Of a stretch of 64,000 bases of DNA, positions 17,923 to 28,377 are shown piece by piece. Made by a program: the position numbers and the translations under genes. The stretch is from an uncultured archaeon. GTDB lineage: Archaea; Asgardarchaeota; Thorarchaeia; Thorarchaeales; Thorarchaeaceae. Within the stretch, counting starts at the first letter, position 1, and the number at the start of each line of letters is the position of its first letter. The stretch is taken from NCBI GenBank assembly GCA_964473825.1, contig CAYYQL010000002.1, forward strand, positions 205,288 to 269,287. Reading direction: 5' to 3'. The notes under the pieces are model-generated. The model was not told the DNA's origin and did no database searches. It saw only the letters and a list, made by a program, of their open reading frames with translations.

Positions 17923-18869
17923 TCCTCCATTCCAAGGTACGCTAGTAATGCAGTAATCTGTACTTCTCCATTTGCCCCCTCGGACACTCTGAATTCTGCC
18001 TCTGCATTTCTCTCAAGAATTCGCACCAGCCTATGGGATGCAAGTTCGAAACTCTTCAACTCTCGGTGAATCTGTCTTACCAAATCCACTGGTGAAACTC
18101 CCGAGCTATAAATCAGCTCTTCAAGTATTTCTATGGCCCCCATCTGGTTTCCCAACAGAGCCTTGTCAAGCATATCTCTGACTAGATCTGGATTCGCTCG
18201 TCCAGAGATACTATACACTATTTCTTCAGAGATTGTCTGACCGGTTGAGGATGCTGCCTGAAGCAAGTTGACTGCCGCTCGCATGTCACCATCAGCAAGG
18301 TACAGTATTGCGTCTATCCCTGTGCTGTCAATGGACACAGTTTCATGTTTTGCTATGTATCTCAGTCGATCAGCTATATCATCATTAGGAAGTCTGGAGA
18401 ACCTGAACACTGCACATCTTGACTGAATAGGGGGGATAATCCGACTCGAGTAATTGCATATCAGAATCATCCTGCAAGACTTGGCATAGGCTTCCATTGT
18501 TCGTCTTAGAGCGTGTTGTGCATCTGCTGTGAGATGGTCTGCTTCGTCTAGAACAAGAATCTTGAATGGCGCGGTTCCTGACGGAACAGTACGCGCAAAG
18601 TTCTTCACTTGATTTCTAACAACATCGATACCCCTTTCATCGCTGGCATTCAATTCCATGAAATTGCGGTCGAATGAGTCGCCAAACAGATCTCGAGCCA
18701 TAGCCATGGCTGCCGTAGTCTTGCTGGTACCGGGTGGGCCACTGAATAGACAATGTGGAACCGCCCTTTTCTGTACGAATTTCTTCAGGCTCTCAATAAC
18801 AGATTCTTGGCCGATTATTTCATCTAGCGTGGGCGGTCTGTACTTCTCGGTCCAGAGGTCTATCTCCAT
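17919..18869 (-). CDS. rfcS: Replication factor C small subunit
   Basis: WTEKYRP; ELNASDERGIDVVR; LDEAD; ALRRTME; IQSRC. Confidence 0.95.
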   Translation of the reverse strand: MEIDLWTEKYRPPTLDEIIGQESVIESLKKFVQKRAVPHCLFSGPPGTSKTTAAMAMARDLFGDSFDRNFMELNASDERGIDVVRNQVKNFARTVPSGTAPFKILVLDEADHLTADAQHALRRTMEAYAKSCRMILICNYSSRIIPPIQSRCAVFRFSRLPNDDIADRLRYIAKHETVSIDSTGIDAILYLADGDMRAAVNLLQAASSTGQTISEEIVYSISGRANPDLVRDMLDKALLGNQMGAIEILEELIYSSGVSPVDLVRQIHRELKSFELASHRLVRILERNAEAEFRVSEGANGEVQITALLAYLGMED

Positions 18870-19056
18870 TCTAGATTTCCATCCATCATTTCACTGGTCA
18901 CATGAAACTGGTGTTTCTATGTCATGCTATTCGCAACCACAAACTGGAACCTTAATAGGTTCTCCTACAAAACACGATTAGTCATGAACCGAGTTCTTCA
19001 TTCAGTTCATTTATGATACCACTAATAGACGACAAAGTGTACCAAGGTGAGGCGAA

Positions 19057-19614
19057 ATGGCACTGGCTACCGAAACAGCTACAATAATCCAGCGATTCCA
19101 AATACAGTTCCTTAATGACATAAGAACCTGCATCTGCCTGCGAGACATTCCAGAGGTTGTTGTGGGTGGTCGGAAGTATGGCCCCTTCCAATCCGATACT
19201 CGCATCGGTCTCCCAAACTGGGCCATTGATGTCCTATCTAAACATGGGCTGGTTGAGGTAGTGCCAGAGGAAACTTTCGAGTCCTTAAGGAGGCTTCAAA
19301 ACATATACAATGCAGAGAAGACAAGTCCCTACAGTCTCCAGACACTTCATCCCATGCTATATGCCGCATTACGACAGAAACTAAACCGCCTCCAGAGCGA
19401 CAAAACATCACTCGATTCTAGAAGCTATGAAACAATCGAACGAATTCAGACCATGATACCATTGCTTGTAGAAACTCGCCTATCTAGTATAATCAGGGCT
19501 GCAAAATCCGGGATGTACAAAGACATGAGAAAGCATATGACGAATGAGGAACGATGGCTATGTGAGAAACTCAGCCATATACTCTCAGTTTGGCGCGAAA
19601 CCGTATCGGAATGA
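19057..19614 (+). CDS. gins23: GINS complex subunit (Gins23-type, B-domain first)
   Basis: LRDIPEVVVGGRKYGPF...LPNWAIDVL B-domain, helical A-domain, MTNEER near the C-terminus; directly upstream of mcm. Confidence 0.75.
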   Translation: MALATETATIIQRFQIQFLNDIRTCICLRDIPEVVVGGRKYGPFQSDTRIGLPNWAIDVLSKHGLVEVVPEETFESLRRLQNIYNAEKTSPYSLQTLHPMLYAALRQKLNRLQSDKTSLDSRSYETIERIQTMIPLLVETRLSSIIRAAKSGMYKDMRKHMTNEERWLCEKLSHILSVWRETVSE

Positions 19615-19720
19615 ATATCGGTCAATACACGAGCTTAAATATGTACGAACCGAACACCGGTTTGGGCTCTGAGCAGAAAGCCGACCAGCTGACATACAAG
19701 TAACTTAGGGGCGTGATCTA

Positions 19721-21793
19721 GTGACTTTTGATGAAGATCCACAAGAAAGATTCGAGGAATTTCTGCGTACCTACAAGAATGAGCAGGGCAACTTGGTCTA
19801 CTGGACCCGAATCCAAAGCATGGGGCTCAACGATGAGACCTCCCTTTCAGTGGATTTCCAAGACCTTGTGAGTTTCAGCAATGTATTCATGGCCGAAGCT
19901 GCAGACGACCCTGAGGAGTTTCTCAATACGGCGAGCAACGCGTTGATATCGCTCTTGAGAACAGAAGATCCCGACTATGTTTCTCATTTCAATCCGCCAC
20001 TCCCATTTAAGGTCAGAATCACGAACTATACAAATCACGTTCCTCTTCGTGCTCTTCGATCAATACACATCGGCAAAATCATCCATATAAGCGGGATTAT
20101 GATGCGTGCGAGCGAAGTAAAACCGCTTCTTGTCACTGCGATATTTCAATGTAGAGAATGCGAAACTGAGATACCTCAGACGCAAATTGACGGGCGCTAT
20201 ACAGAACCCCTCATATGCTCCCAATGTGGTAAGAAGACCTCTATGCGGCTCATTCCAGAAAAATCATCATTCATTGACTGGCAGAAAGTTCGAATACAAG
20301 AAAGCCCCGAGGAGCTACCACCAGGTCAGATGCCACGTTCAGTCGATGTGATTCTGGAAGGGGACATTGTCGACACTTCTCGTCCAGGAGACATGGTGAA
20401 AATAACAGGCATCTTAAAGACCTCTCCTGACTTTTCCAGACGGGGTGGGAGGCTAGCGACTTTTAGAATATTCATCCAAGCCAATGGTGTTGAGATAACA
20501 GAAAAAGAGTACGAACAGATAGAAATATCCGAGGAAGACGAAAAGGAGATTCACAAGCTTGCAGAAGATCCATATGTTCATGAGAGAATATACTCTTCAA
20601 TTGCACCCTCGATTAAAGGGCATGATTTAATCAAAGAATCTATCGCTCTACTGCTCTTTGGAGGCGTTGGCAAGACCCTTCCCGATGGAACAAGGTTAAG
20701 GGGCCGATCAAACATACTCATGATTGGCGATCCTGGAACAGGGAAAAGCCAGATTCTGAAGTTTGTGGCAGGTCTTGCATCCCGTGCTCTCTATACATCT
20801 GGCAAGGGAACCACCGCAGCTGGTCTTACAGCTGCTGTTATGCACGACACCGATACGGGGACAATGACATTGGAGGCTGGAGCTCTTGTTCTTGCAGATC
20901 AGGGCATTGCATGCATTGACGAGTTTGATAAGATGGATCCAAACGACCGAACGGCGATTCATGAAGCGATGGAGCAACACACGGTGAGCATTGCAAAGGC
21001 AGGAATCGTTGCTACGCTGAATGCAAGAACATCAATACTTGCAGCAGCTAATCCCACACTTGGCAGATACGAACCATCCAACTCTGTGCAGGACAACATC
21101 AAACTACCTTTTACAATTCTTTCCCGATTCGATCTCATTTGGATACTAGTTGATACAGTCGAGGAAACAAAGGATCGGGAACTAGCCCGATTCATTCTTG
21201 GAATGCATCAGAGAATGAAAACACCCGTTGAGGGCGATATGTCGCCTATTAGAGCAGCTTTTCTGAAGAAGTACATTGGTTTTGCTAATAGGTACGTCAT
21301 TCCACGACTTACTACTGAAGCTGCCGAAGTTATTGAGCGTTTCTATGTGGGTCTTCGAAAGGGTGCTGAGGGCGGAGCAGCACCTGTTCCCATAACGGCA
21401 AGGCAGCTTGAGGCTCTTGTCCGTCTTGCCGAAGCCCGCGCGAAAATGGCACTGAAATCAAGGGTGACAGAAGAAGATGCTAAAGCGGCCGTTTCCCTCA
21501 TGGAGGAGTCCCTCAGAATGGTTGCCCTCGACAGGACAACAGGAAAAATAGACATCGACAGCGTTGTTTCCACAATGAGCGCCTCGCAGAGAAGCTCATC
21601 AGACATCATTATCAAGGCCATGAAGGACCTTGAAGCAGAGGGGTCCTCTACTGTGAGTGAAGATGCACTGTTTGAAAGAGTGGCCAACATGGGTCTTGCA
21701 AAAGAAAGGGCACAAGAGGTTATACGGAAGCTTCTTGCTCAAGGTATCCTCTTCAATCCACGTGAAGGCAAAATAAGACGTGCACAGAGCTAA
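19721..21793 (+). CDS. mcm: MCM replicative helicase
   Basis: Zn finger CREC..CSQC; GDPGTGKSQ; IDEFDKM; ILSRFDL; TARQLE. Confidence 0.97.
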   Translation: MTFDEDPQERFEEFLRTYKNEQGNLVYWTRIQSMGLNDETSLSVDFQDLVSFSNVFMAEAADDPEEFLNTASNALISLLRTEDPDYVSHFNPPLPFKVRITNYTNHVPLRALRSIHIGKIIHISGIMMRASEVKPLLVTAIFQCRECETEIPQTQIDGRYTEPLICSQCGKKTSMRLIPEKSSFIDWQKVRIQESPEELPPGQMPRSVDVILEGDIVDTSRPGDMVKITGILKTSPDFSRRGGRLATFRIFIQANGVEITEKEYEQIEISEEDEKEIHKLAEDPYVHERIYSSIAPSIKGHDLIKESIALLLFGGVGKTLPDGTRLRGRSNILMIGDPGTGKSQILKFVAGLASRALYTSGKGTTAAGLTAAVMHDTDTGTMTLEAGALVLADQGIACIDEFDKMDPNDRTAIHEAMEQHTVSIAKAGIVATLNARTSILAAANPTLGRYEPSNSVQDNIKLPFTILSRFDLIWILVDTVEETKDRELARFILGMHQRMKTPVEGDMSPIRAAFLKKYIGFANRYVIPRLTTEAAEVIERFYVGLRKGAEGGAAPVPITARQLEALVRLAEARAKMALKSRVTEEDAKAAVSLMEESLRMVALDRTTGKIDIDSVVSTMSASQRSSSDIIIKAMKDLEAEGSSTVSEDALFERVANMGLAKERAQEVIRKLLAQGILFNPREGKIRRAQS

Positions 21794-21831
21794 TCTGCAA
21801 TCGGGAGTGGAAGCTAACGCAAGTCAGAGAT

Positions 21832-24039
21832 TTGCCATTGAATGAAAAGATTCTGGAGATTCTGGAGAAGGACGGCATCTCCAAGCTTTTTCCACCACAA
21901 GCTGAGGCTTTCAAGACTGATGTCTTAGACGGATGCAACTTGGTACTAGCTATCCCAACCAGCTCCGGAAAGACACTCGTTGCTGAGGTGGCGATTCTAA
22001 AGGCGATATCTGAGGGCCTAGGCAAAGCTCTCTATCTCGTTCCTCTAAAGTCACTTGCCAGAGAGAAGTACTTGGAATTCCAAAAATATAATTCGTTGGG
22101 CATCAGAACAGCTATGTCAGTTGGAGACTATGATTCTCCCGGCACTCGTCTGGACGACGCAGATATCCTGATTCTCACAACAGAACGTGCTGATTCATTG
22201 ATCAGACATCAGGCTTCATGGCTTTCAGAGATCTGTATTGTGATTGCAGACGAAATACATCTTGTCAATGACTCTTCAAGAGGCCCTACACTCGAAATGG
22301 TTATGGCCAAAATAATGCAGATGTCGTCGCATACTCAGATTATCGCTCTAAGTGCAACGATATCCAACTCGGGTGAAATAGCCGGGTGGCTCAGAGCACA
22401 ACTTGTGAAGAGCAACTGGAGACCTGTACCCCTTCGTGAAGGAGTGTTTCTTGATGACTCCATCCGATTTGATGATGGTAATATCAAGGAAATTGAGCGA
22501 AAGCGGGAATATCCCATAAATGACCTCATAGCTGACACTCTTGAAGAGGGAGGACAGGTACTGATTTTCGTGTCAAGTCGCCGTTCTACTATTGCGGTAG
22601 CCAAGAGGGCGGCCCCGTCTGTTCGCCCCTTTCTGAATAGAAATGAAACATCAAAGCTGGCTGACATTCGCAAGACCATATTGCAGAAGCCCTCCCTACC
22701 AGAAACAATCCGAACACTTGCCCGAGTCATGGGGAATGGCGTTGCATTTCATCATGCAGGCCTAACGAATAATGAGCGTACTAGAATTGAGGATGCTTTC
22801 AGAAACAACTTGCTGAAGGCAATTGTTGCAACTCCGACACTAGCAGCAGGCGTCAATCTCCCTGCGAGACGTGCCATCATACGGGACTATCGTAGATTTG
22901 AATATGGACGAGGCAGTTATCCTATCCCCATCCTTGAGTACAAACAGATGGCTGGACGCGCCGGCCGCCCCAAATACGATGATTACGGGGAGGCCCTTCT
23001 AGTAGCCAAGACATTCGAGGAATATGAGCAGCTCTATGACAACTATGTCCTTTCGGAGCCAGAAGACGTTTCCTCCAAACTTGCATCAGAACGAGCTCTA
23101 CGGTTTCATCTTCTTTCTTCAATATCTGCGGGTATGACCCACAGCAGAAACGATATTGACACTCTCATTGAGGGCACTTTCTTCTCTGTTCAATTCAAAA
23201 GGAGCCATATTGACGCCTACGTTGATTCCGCGTTGATGTTTCTAGAGGAGGGGCTTCTAGTAGACCGCGAGGATAATAACAGATACAACGCAACAGCGCT
23301 TGGCCATAGAACCTCACAACTCTACATAGATCCAGAAACCGCTGTCGTACTAAAAGACACGTTGCCAGAAATCGAGGACCCTACTACATTCGCCCTCTTA
23401 CACCTCCTATGCCATACACCGAACCAATCTTTGACCTATGTAAATCAATCTGAGGCTGAGAACTATGAATTCTTTCTCCAAGAAATCTCAGAGAACCTTC
23501 TCTTTGGCTCCCCTGACCCTTGGGAAGACCCCCAAGCATACTCCCAGTTTCTGGCCGAAATAAAGACTGCACGGTTGTTAGATGATTGGATATCTGAGCG
23601 GACGGAACGAGACATTACGGATGAATATCGGGTTGGCATGGGTGATGTACACAGATACGTGCGTACGGCCGAATGGTTGATGTACTCAACAAGTGAAATA
23701 TCTCGTGTAATTGGTGTAGGCAATCTGGTGCCCGTTCTACGCCGCTTACGTTCCAGATTAAAATACGGGGTGGAGGAACCCCTTCTCGAACTTGTAAAAC
23801 TAAGAGGAATAGGACGTGTTAGAGGTCGCATGCTTTTCAATCATGGTTACAAAGACCTCAAGGAACTTTATAGTGCACCCGTTGAGGCTATAGCTCGAGT
23901 CCCCTCTATTGGCACAACAATTGCGCAATCCATAAAGAAACAGTTGGGTATCGAGGTTAACGAGATTCCGCCTTTGACAGAGGGCCAAGAAGAAACCCAA
24001 GGCAAACCCGGTGTTCAGACCCTACTCGACGACTTCTAA
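21832..24039 (+). CDS. hel308: Ski2-like SF2 DNA helicase Hel308/Hjm
   Basis: PTSSGKT; DEIH; LSAT; AFHHAGL; TPTLAAGVNLP; QMAGRAGRP; C-terminal HhH. Confidence 0.93.
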   Translation: MPLNEKILEILEKDGISKLFPPQAEAFKTDVLDGCNLVLAIPTSSGKTLVAEVAILKAISEGLGKALYLVPLKSLAREKYLEFQKYNSLGIRTAMSVGDYDSPGTRLDDADILILTTERADSLIRHQASWLSEICIVIADEIHLVNDSSRGPTLEMVMAKIMQMSSHTQIIALSATISNSGEIAGWLRAQLVKSNWRPVPLREGVFLDDSIRFDDGNIKEIERKREYPINDLIADTLEEGGQVLIFVSSRRSTIAVAKRAAPSVRPFLNRNETSKLADIRKTILQKPSLPETIRTLARVMGNGVAFHHAGLTNNERTRIEDAFRNNLLKAIVATPTLAAGVNLPARRAIIRDYRRFEYGRGSYPIPILEYKQMAGRAGRPKYDDYGEALLVAKTFEEYEQLYDNYVLSEPEDVSSKLASERALRFHLLSSISAGMTHSRNDIDTLIEGTFFSVQFKRSHIDAYVDSALMFLEEGLLVDREDNNRYNATALGHRTSQLYIDPETAVVLKDTLPEIEDPTTFALLHLLCHTPNQSLTYVNQSEAENYEFFLQEISENLLFGSPDPWEDPQAYSQFLAEIKTARLLDDWISERTERDITDEYRVGMGDVHRYVRTAEWLMYSTSEISRVIGVGNLVPVLRRLRSRLKYGVEEPLLELVKLRGIGRVRGRMLFNHGYKDLKELYSAPVEAIARVPSIGTTIAQSIKKQLGIEVNEIPPLTEGQEETQGKPGVQTLLDDF

Positions 24040-24040
24040 T

Positions 24041-25096
24041 CTACAGTAGCTTACCTCTCAGACGTTCCTTGATTGTCCTCACGAGATTAAGTGTTCCCTC
24101 TGTGCAGCGTCTTGGCTCCTGTCCAAGGTCTTCGTATACTGTGACTTCCAATCCTAGTAGTTCCTGAAGCACATTGAGAACGCCATTGCCTAGAACCTCA
24201 AGTTCGTAACCGCCCTCCAGGAAATACAGACATCGCCCTTGACTGAATCTCTTAGCTATGGCCTGAATTCGTCGATTCAATAGCGCAAGTCCTGCAAGAG
24301 TGATGCCCAGATTCGTCAGAGGATCCCGATGATGAGCATCGAAACCTGCAGAAACAAGAACAAACTCGGGTTCATAAATCCCCGCCAAAGGCTCGATGAT
24401 TTCATCAACTAACACGCTATACGATGGATCTCCCGAACCAGGAACTAAGGGCAGATTCACTGTATAACCCTCTCCCTCGCCAACTCCTAACTCATCACTG
24501 AATCCCGAACCGGGAAAGAGAGTACGACCATGTTGATGAAGCCCAACATAAAGAACTCTGTCTGTGGAGTAGAATGCATTCTGTGTACCATTTCCGTGAT
24601 GTGCATCATAATCGATTATCATCACTCGACTCAGATTCCATTTTCGAATGAGACGTATTGCTGCCACAGCTATGTTATTGACGAAACAGAAGCCGAAAGC
24701 CTTTTCGAATTCTGCATGGTGCCCTGGGGGTCTACAGAGAACAAGACCATTCTGACTGGTTTCTTGCATTATGCGGTCAATACCTAACGTTGAAGCACCA
24801 GCAGCAAGCATTGCTGCAACATAGGTATGCTCGTTTGCCATCGTATCTAACGTGAAGTATCCCCCACCAAGTTCGGACTTTTCCCTAAGCATTGAAAGAT
24901 ACTCACGACTATGAATAGGGTAGATGTCTTCGTGCTCAGCCTGTTCTGGACTGACGATTTGGAGGCCGCATTGGTCAAGCAGTCCTTTGCATCGAAGTAG
25001 ATTTAGTGTATAGCGTAGCCGTTCAGGGCGTTCTGGATGACCCGGCGACATGGCGTGTTTCAGAAAGTTCTCATGATAGAGAAGATCTGTCTGCAT
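24041..25096 (-). CDS. Zn-dependent histone deacetylase family protein
   Basis: HPERPERL; RPPGHHA; GFCFVNN; DYDAHHGNGTQ; SAGFDAH; LEGGY. Confidence 0.92.
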   Translation of the reverse strand: MQTDLLYHENFLKHAMSPGHPERPERLRYTLNLLRCKGLLDQCGLQIVSPEQAEHEDIYPIHSREYLSMLREKSELGGGYFTLDTMANEHTYVAAMLAAGASTLGIDRIMQETSQNGLVLCRPPGHHAEFEKAFGFCFVNNIAVAAIRLIRKWNLSRVMIIDYDAHHGNGTQNAFYSTDRVLYVGLHQHGRTLFPGSGFSDELGVGEGEGYTVNLPLVPGSGDPSYSVLVDEIIEPLAGIYEPEFVLVSAGFDAHHRDPLTNLGITLAGLALLNRRIQAIAKRFSQGRCLYFLEGGYELEVLGNGVLNVLQELLGLEVTVYEDLGQEPRRCTEGTLNLVRTIKERLRGKLL

Positions 25097-25266
25097 GGCA
25101 ACTCTATTCCTTGATTGCTTTGTCCTCAAGAAGTAACTGTATTGATACTCATAAGTCTAGATGCTGGACAGCCATACTCAAACTAGAGATTTAGAACACG
25201 TGTTCTAAACACTATGGTTCAGTGATAACCTTTATCTTATGTATGAGATAGGCTGACCACACTCAT

Positions 25267-25405
25267 GGGTCGGTAGTCTAGCTTGGTATGATTCTTGCTT
25301 GGGGTGATTCTGGTCGTGAGGCCAGGCGTCACAGAATGCAAGAGATCGGGCGTTCAAGTACATGTTGGATTTTCCAGTATGTTGAAAATCGCCCCCGGCC
25401 CACCA
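25267..25405 (+). tRNA. tRNA-Pro(GGG) with two introns: 37/38 (25305..25336) and 59/60 (25359..25388); CCA encoded
   Basis: Acceptor GGGTCGG/CCGGCCC; anticodon stem CTTGC/GCAAG; T-loop intron is a strict BHB (TTCA/TGAA, bulges AGT and AAT). Confidence 0.88.
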
Positions 25406-25414
25406 TTCTATTTT

Positions 25415-25990
25415 TCATCCACCATTTTCAATCAACGGCAGTTTCCACACGGTTTCATACACTGCCCCTCTAGGGGTAAGTGTACTCTTCGTCATGCAAT
25501 ACGACTCAACAGTAATTAGACCTATCTCTTCATCTGACAGATTCTCAATGGTCTCTATCAATGGCCGCCGATTCTGTACACTCTTGACACGGGCAATTGT
25601 TGCATGAGGAGTGAATTTTCTATCCTGACTGTATCCCACTTCTCTTAGTCCTTCATCAACTCTCTTCTTCAGTTCTATCATTTTCTCTCCGTTTTTGGTG
25701 ACGCCCACCCAGATAACACTGGGGCGTGTTATTCTTGGAAAGGCCCCCACCCCGGAAACCTCAATTTCGAAAGGAGGCAGATTAATGGACGAAAGCTTGT
25801 CCCTGATCTCCTCAATCTTCTTCAAGCTAGTATCACCTAGAAACCGTAAGGTGAAATGGATGTTTTCTCTCTCCACCATCTTCACACGAGCAGATCTGAC
25901 ATCTAGGTGCGATTGAATTCGAGTAATCCGGTCGAGGAGTGAATCATCATCAATATCAACGCTCAGAAATGCCCTTACTTTTTCTGTCAA
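25415..25990 (-). CDS. thpR: RNA 2',3'-cyclic phosphodiesterase (2H family, 2'-5' RNA ligase)
   Basis: RAFLSVD; HFTLRFLG; FTPHATIARVK; STLTPRG. Confidence 0.92.
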   Translation of the reverse strand: MTEKVRAFLSVDIDDDSLLDRITRIQSHLDVRSARVKMVERENIHFTLRFLGDTSLKKIEEIRDKLSSINLPPFEIEVSGVGAFPRITRPSVIWVGVTKNGEKMIELKKRVDEGLREVGYSQDRKFTPHATIARVKSVQNRRPLIETIENLSDEEIGLITVESYCMTKSTLTPRGAVYETVWKLPLIENGG

Positions 25991-26113
25991 TTTCGCTCAT
26001 CCATAGGTGCTATCTGAAACCCAACTATTCAATCTTTGTTAACAAAACGGAGCTGGACAGAAAGGAACTCTTAAAGCATCAGTTCTAATGAAAGACTTGG
26101 TGATAGGAATCAA

Positions 26114-27241
26114 TTGACAAGGCGAAAAGACTCACCAGTTGACCTCCCTACTTCATCTCGCGAATCTTCCAAGAAGCCAAGTCGCCGCCGTGGAAGGGAT
26201 GTTCCAAACACTCAACTACTTGTTTTACAGCCAATCGGTTATCCTTTCAGATTAAAGGGAGATCCAAAGGCCATTGGTGTAGAAACCGAAAACACTGAGC
26301 TTTTCTCAGACTATGCAAGAGAGCAATGGTTAGGCCTTTTCGTACACGAAGGAATGTTTCTCTTTGATAGATATGTAATGCCCGATTTCGCTTTCCAAGC
26401 TAAGAGGGTGATTCCCAATGACTCGATAGTCGCAAAGAGCACAAAAGTACGTCTAGAAAAAGAAGAAACTAGCCCGCCTTCACTATACTCTAAACCTCGG
26501 CTGGACGACATTATTGGCCATGAAGACGCAAAGCGCAAATGCAGACTTCTCCTCAAGTATTTAGAAGCACCACACAAGTTCGGCGAATGGGCGCCGCGTG
26601 CTGTCTTATTTCAAGGTCCACCGGGTACTGGAAAGACCTTGACTGCGAGGGCCGTTGCAAATGAGGCCGAGGCCGAGATATTCATCGCGAAAGCATCTGA
26701 CCTAATTGGGGTACATGTTGGTGATGGTGGCAGAAGAATCGCCACCTTGTTTGAGAGTGCAAGAGAATCTGCTCCTAGCATAATCTTCATCGACGAATTA
26801 GATGCGATAGGTCTTTCACGGTCTTTTCAGTCCATAAGGGGAGATGTTTCCGAGGTGGTGACTGCACTACTCGGCGAGATGGATCAGACAGTTGAAGAGT
26901 CCGGTGTCATTATCATCGGAGCGACGAACGCAGTCAATATGATTGATTCTGCACTCAGAAGTAGGTTTGATACTGTATTTGAGTTTGGCCTTCCAGACGA
27001 ATCAGATAGACTAGATATTCTTCAACTCTATTCATCGCGCCTCCCCATCAAGATGGAATTCAACATTCGCCAACTTGCAGCTCTAACAGATGGTTTCTCA
27101 GGACGAGACCTCCGTGATCGACTTCTCAAGGAATCATTGCACGTGGCGATCTCTGAGGATTTGGATAAAATTCCCAAGGAAGTAGTTATGGACATACTAA
27201 GCAAGCTGAAGAAGAAGACATCCATTGACTATGCGATTTAG
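26114..27241 (+). CDS. AAA+ ATPase (archaeal single-domain, COG1223-like)
   Basis: YAREQWLG; FGEWAPRAVLFQGPPGTGKT; FIDELD; IGATN; SRF. Confidence 0.85.
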   Translation: MTRRKDSPVDLPTSSRESSKKPSRRRGRDVPNTQLLVLQPIGYPFRLKGDPKAIGVETENTELFSDYAREQWLGLFVHEGMFLFDRYVMPDFAFQAKRVIPNDSIVAKSTKVRLEKEETSPPSLYSKPRLDDIIGHEDAKRKCRLLLKYLEAPHKFGEWAPRAVLFQGPPGTGKTLTARAVANEAEAEIFIAKASDLIGVHVGDGGRRIATLFESARESAPSIIFIDELDAIGLSRSFQSIRGDVSEVVTALLGEMDQTVEESGVIIIGATNAVNMIDSALRSRFDTVFEFGLPDESDRLDILQLYSSRLPIKMEFNIRQLAALTDGFSGRDLRDRLLKESLHVAISEDLDKIPKEVVMDILSKLKKKTSIDYAI

Positions 27242-27409
27242 TTGCCATCGGGCAAGAGGCGATTACATAACAATGTCGGAGTTTGCCACCGAACGCCCGA
27301 GGGAAGCGATATGCTTCTTGAGGTAAGTCCGTAAATTTGTCAATGATGGTTTATTCAGAGACAAGAGTGATATGCAGTCTATTTCCACACGGAATCTTGG
27401 GGCCTTACA

Positions 27410-27955
27410 ATGCATATAGTGTTAATTACTGGCATGCCCGGTGCAGGAAAAAGCGAGATAGCCGATAGATTTCGATTCCACAATCAACCAGTAGTTGTCA
27501 TGGGGGATATCGTACGTGAGGTGGCCAAAAAGAGAGGCCTAGAGCCAGATCCCAAGAATACAAGAAGCATCATGCTCGAACTCAGGGCGAATCGTGGACC
27601 CGGTGCAGTTGCAGAGTATTGCTTAGACGAGTTGGAGACTCTCAACTATAGTCTGCTTGTAATTGAGGGATGTCGGAGTATTGCCGAAATGGAGGTCTTT
27701 CGAAAAAGAGCAACTGAAGTCACCACTATATGCGTCCACGCTTCTCCCAGAACTCGATTTCTCCGTCTAGGAGCTCGAAATCGAAAGGATGCACCAACAG
27801 ATTGGGAATCCTTTAGGGAACGTGATATGCGAGAGATAGATGTAGGTCTTGGTGGAGTCATTGCCTTGAGTGACATAATGCTCGTCAATGAAGGAACTAA
27901 GGAGGAACTATTTCAGAAGGTTCAATTCGTAGTAGATAGGTTCGTGAATCCATGA
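27410..27955 (+). CDS. P-loop nucleotide kinase-like protein (UPF0200 / dephospho-CoA kinase-like)
   Basis: ITGMPGAGKS; VMGDIVRE; IEGCRS; RDMREIDVGLG. Confidence 0.8.
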   Translation: MHIVLITGMPGAGKSEIADRFRFHNQPVVVMGDIVREVAKKRGLEPDPKNTRSIMLELRANRGPGAVAEYCLDELETLNYSLLVIEGCRSIAEMEVFRKRATEVTTICVHASPRTRFLRLGARNRKDAPTDWESFRERDMREIDVGLGGVIALSDIMLVNEGTKEELFQKVQFVVDRFVNP

Positions 27956-28377
27956 TTATTAGTGTACAAGCCCCAGTTTATTCCACCGAGTCAGCAGAAA
28001 AGGTGCATGACTGTCTTTTGCGCCTATTTCCCGACGCGAAATTCACAAGAGAGGAGTTCAATGGTATTTTGATGATTCGAGCCGAATCTGACAAGCGGAA
28101 GTCAATCGAGTGGATGAGAACGAGAATTCGTGAAATCAGAATAATAGATGCGGTTCGTCGAAGATTAGTGTCTAACTGGAATGGAACTGAAACTTCCATC
28201 CTGCTAGACAAACAGGCAGCATGTTCTAGCCGCTTTCGAATCCTAGACGATGCAGAAGAGCGTCCCCCACTTGGATGCATTCAAGTGGTATTGAAATTTG
28301 AAAACGAGATTGAGTTTCAGAACACTATGAACTGGCTAGTTCCTCCCACGGAAAACGGGCGGATAGTGCATCCTTAG
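27952..28377 (+). CDS. UPF0201/DUF54 putative RNA-binding protein
   Basis: PVYSTESAEKV..LFP; IIDAVRRRL; LDKQAA; usual partner of UPF0200. Confidence 0.75.
   Translation: MIISVQAPVYSTESAEKVHDCLLRLFPDAKFTREEFNGILMIRAESDKRKSIEWMRTRIREIRIIDAVRRRLVSNWNGTETSILLDKQAACSSRFRILDDAEERPPLGCIQVVLKFENEIEFQNTMNWLVPPTENGRIVHP

Noticed and set aside
27242-27400. CCATCGGGC/GCCCGAGGG hairpin in an intergenic region
   Set aside because: Single stem with no recognisable RNA-family motif
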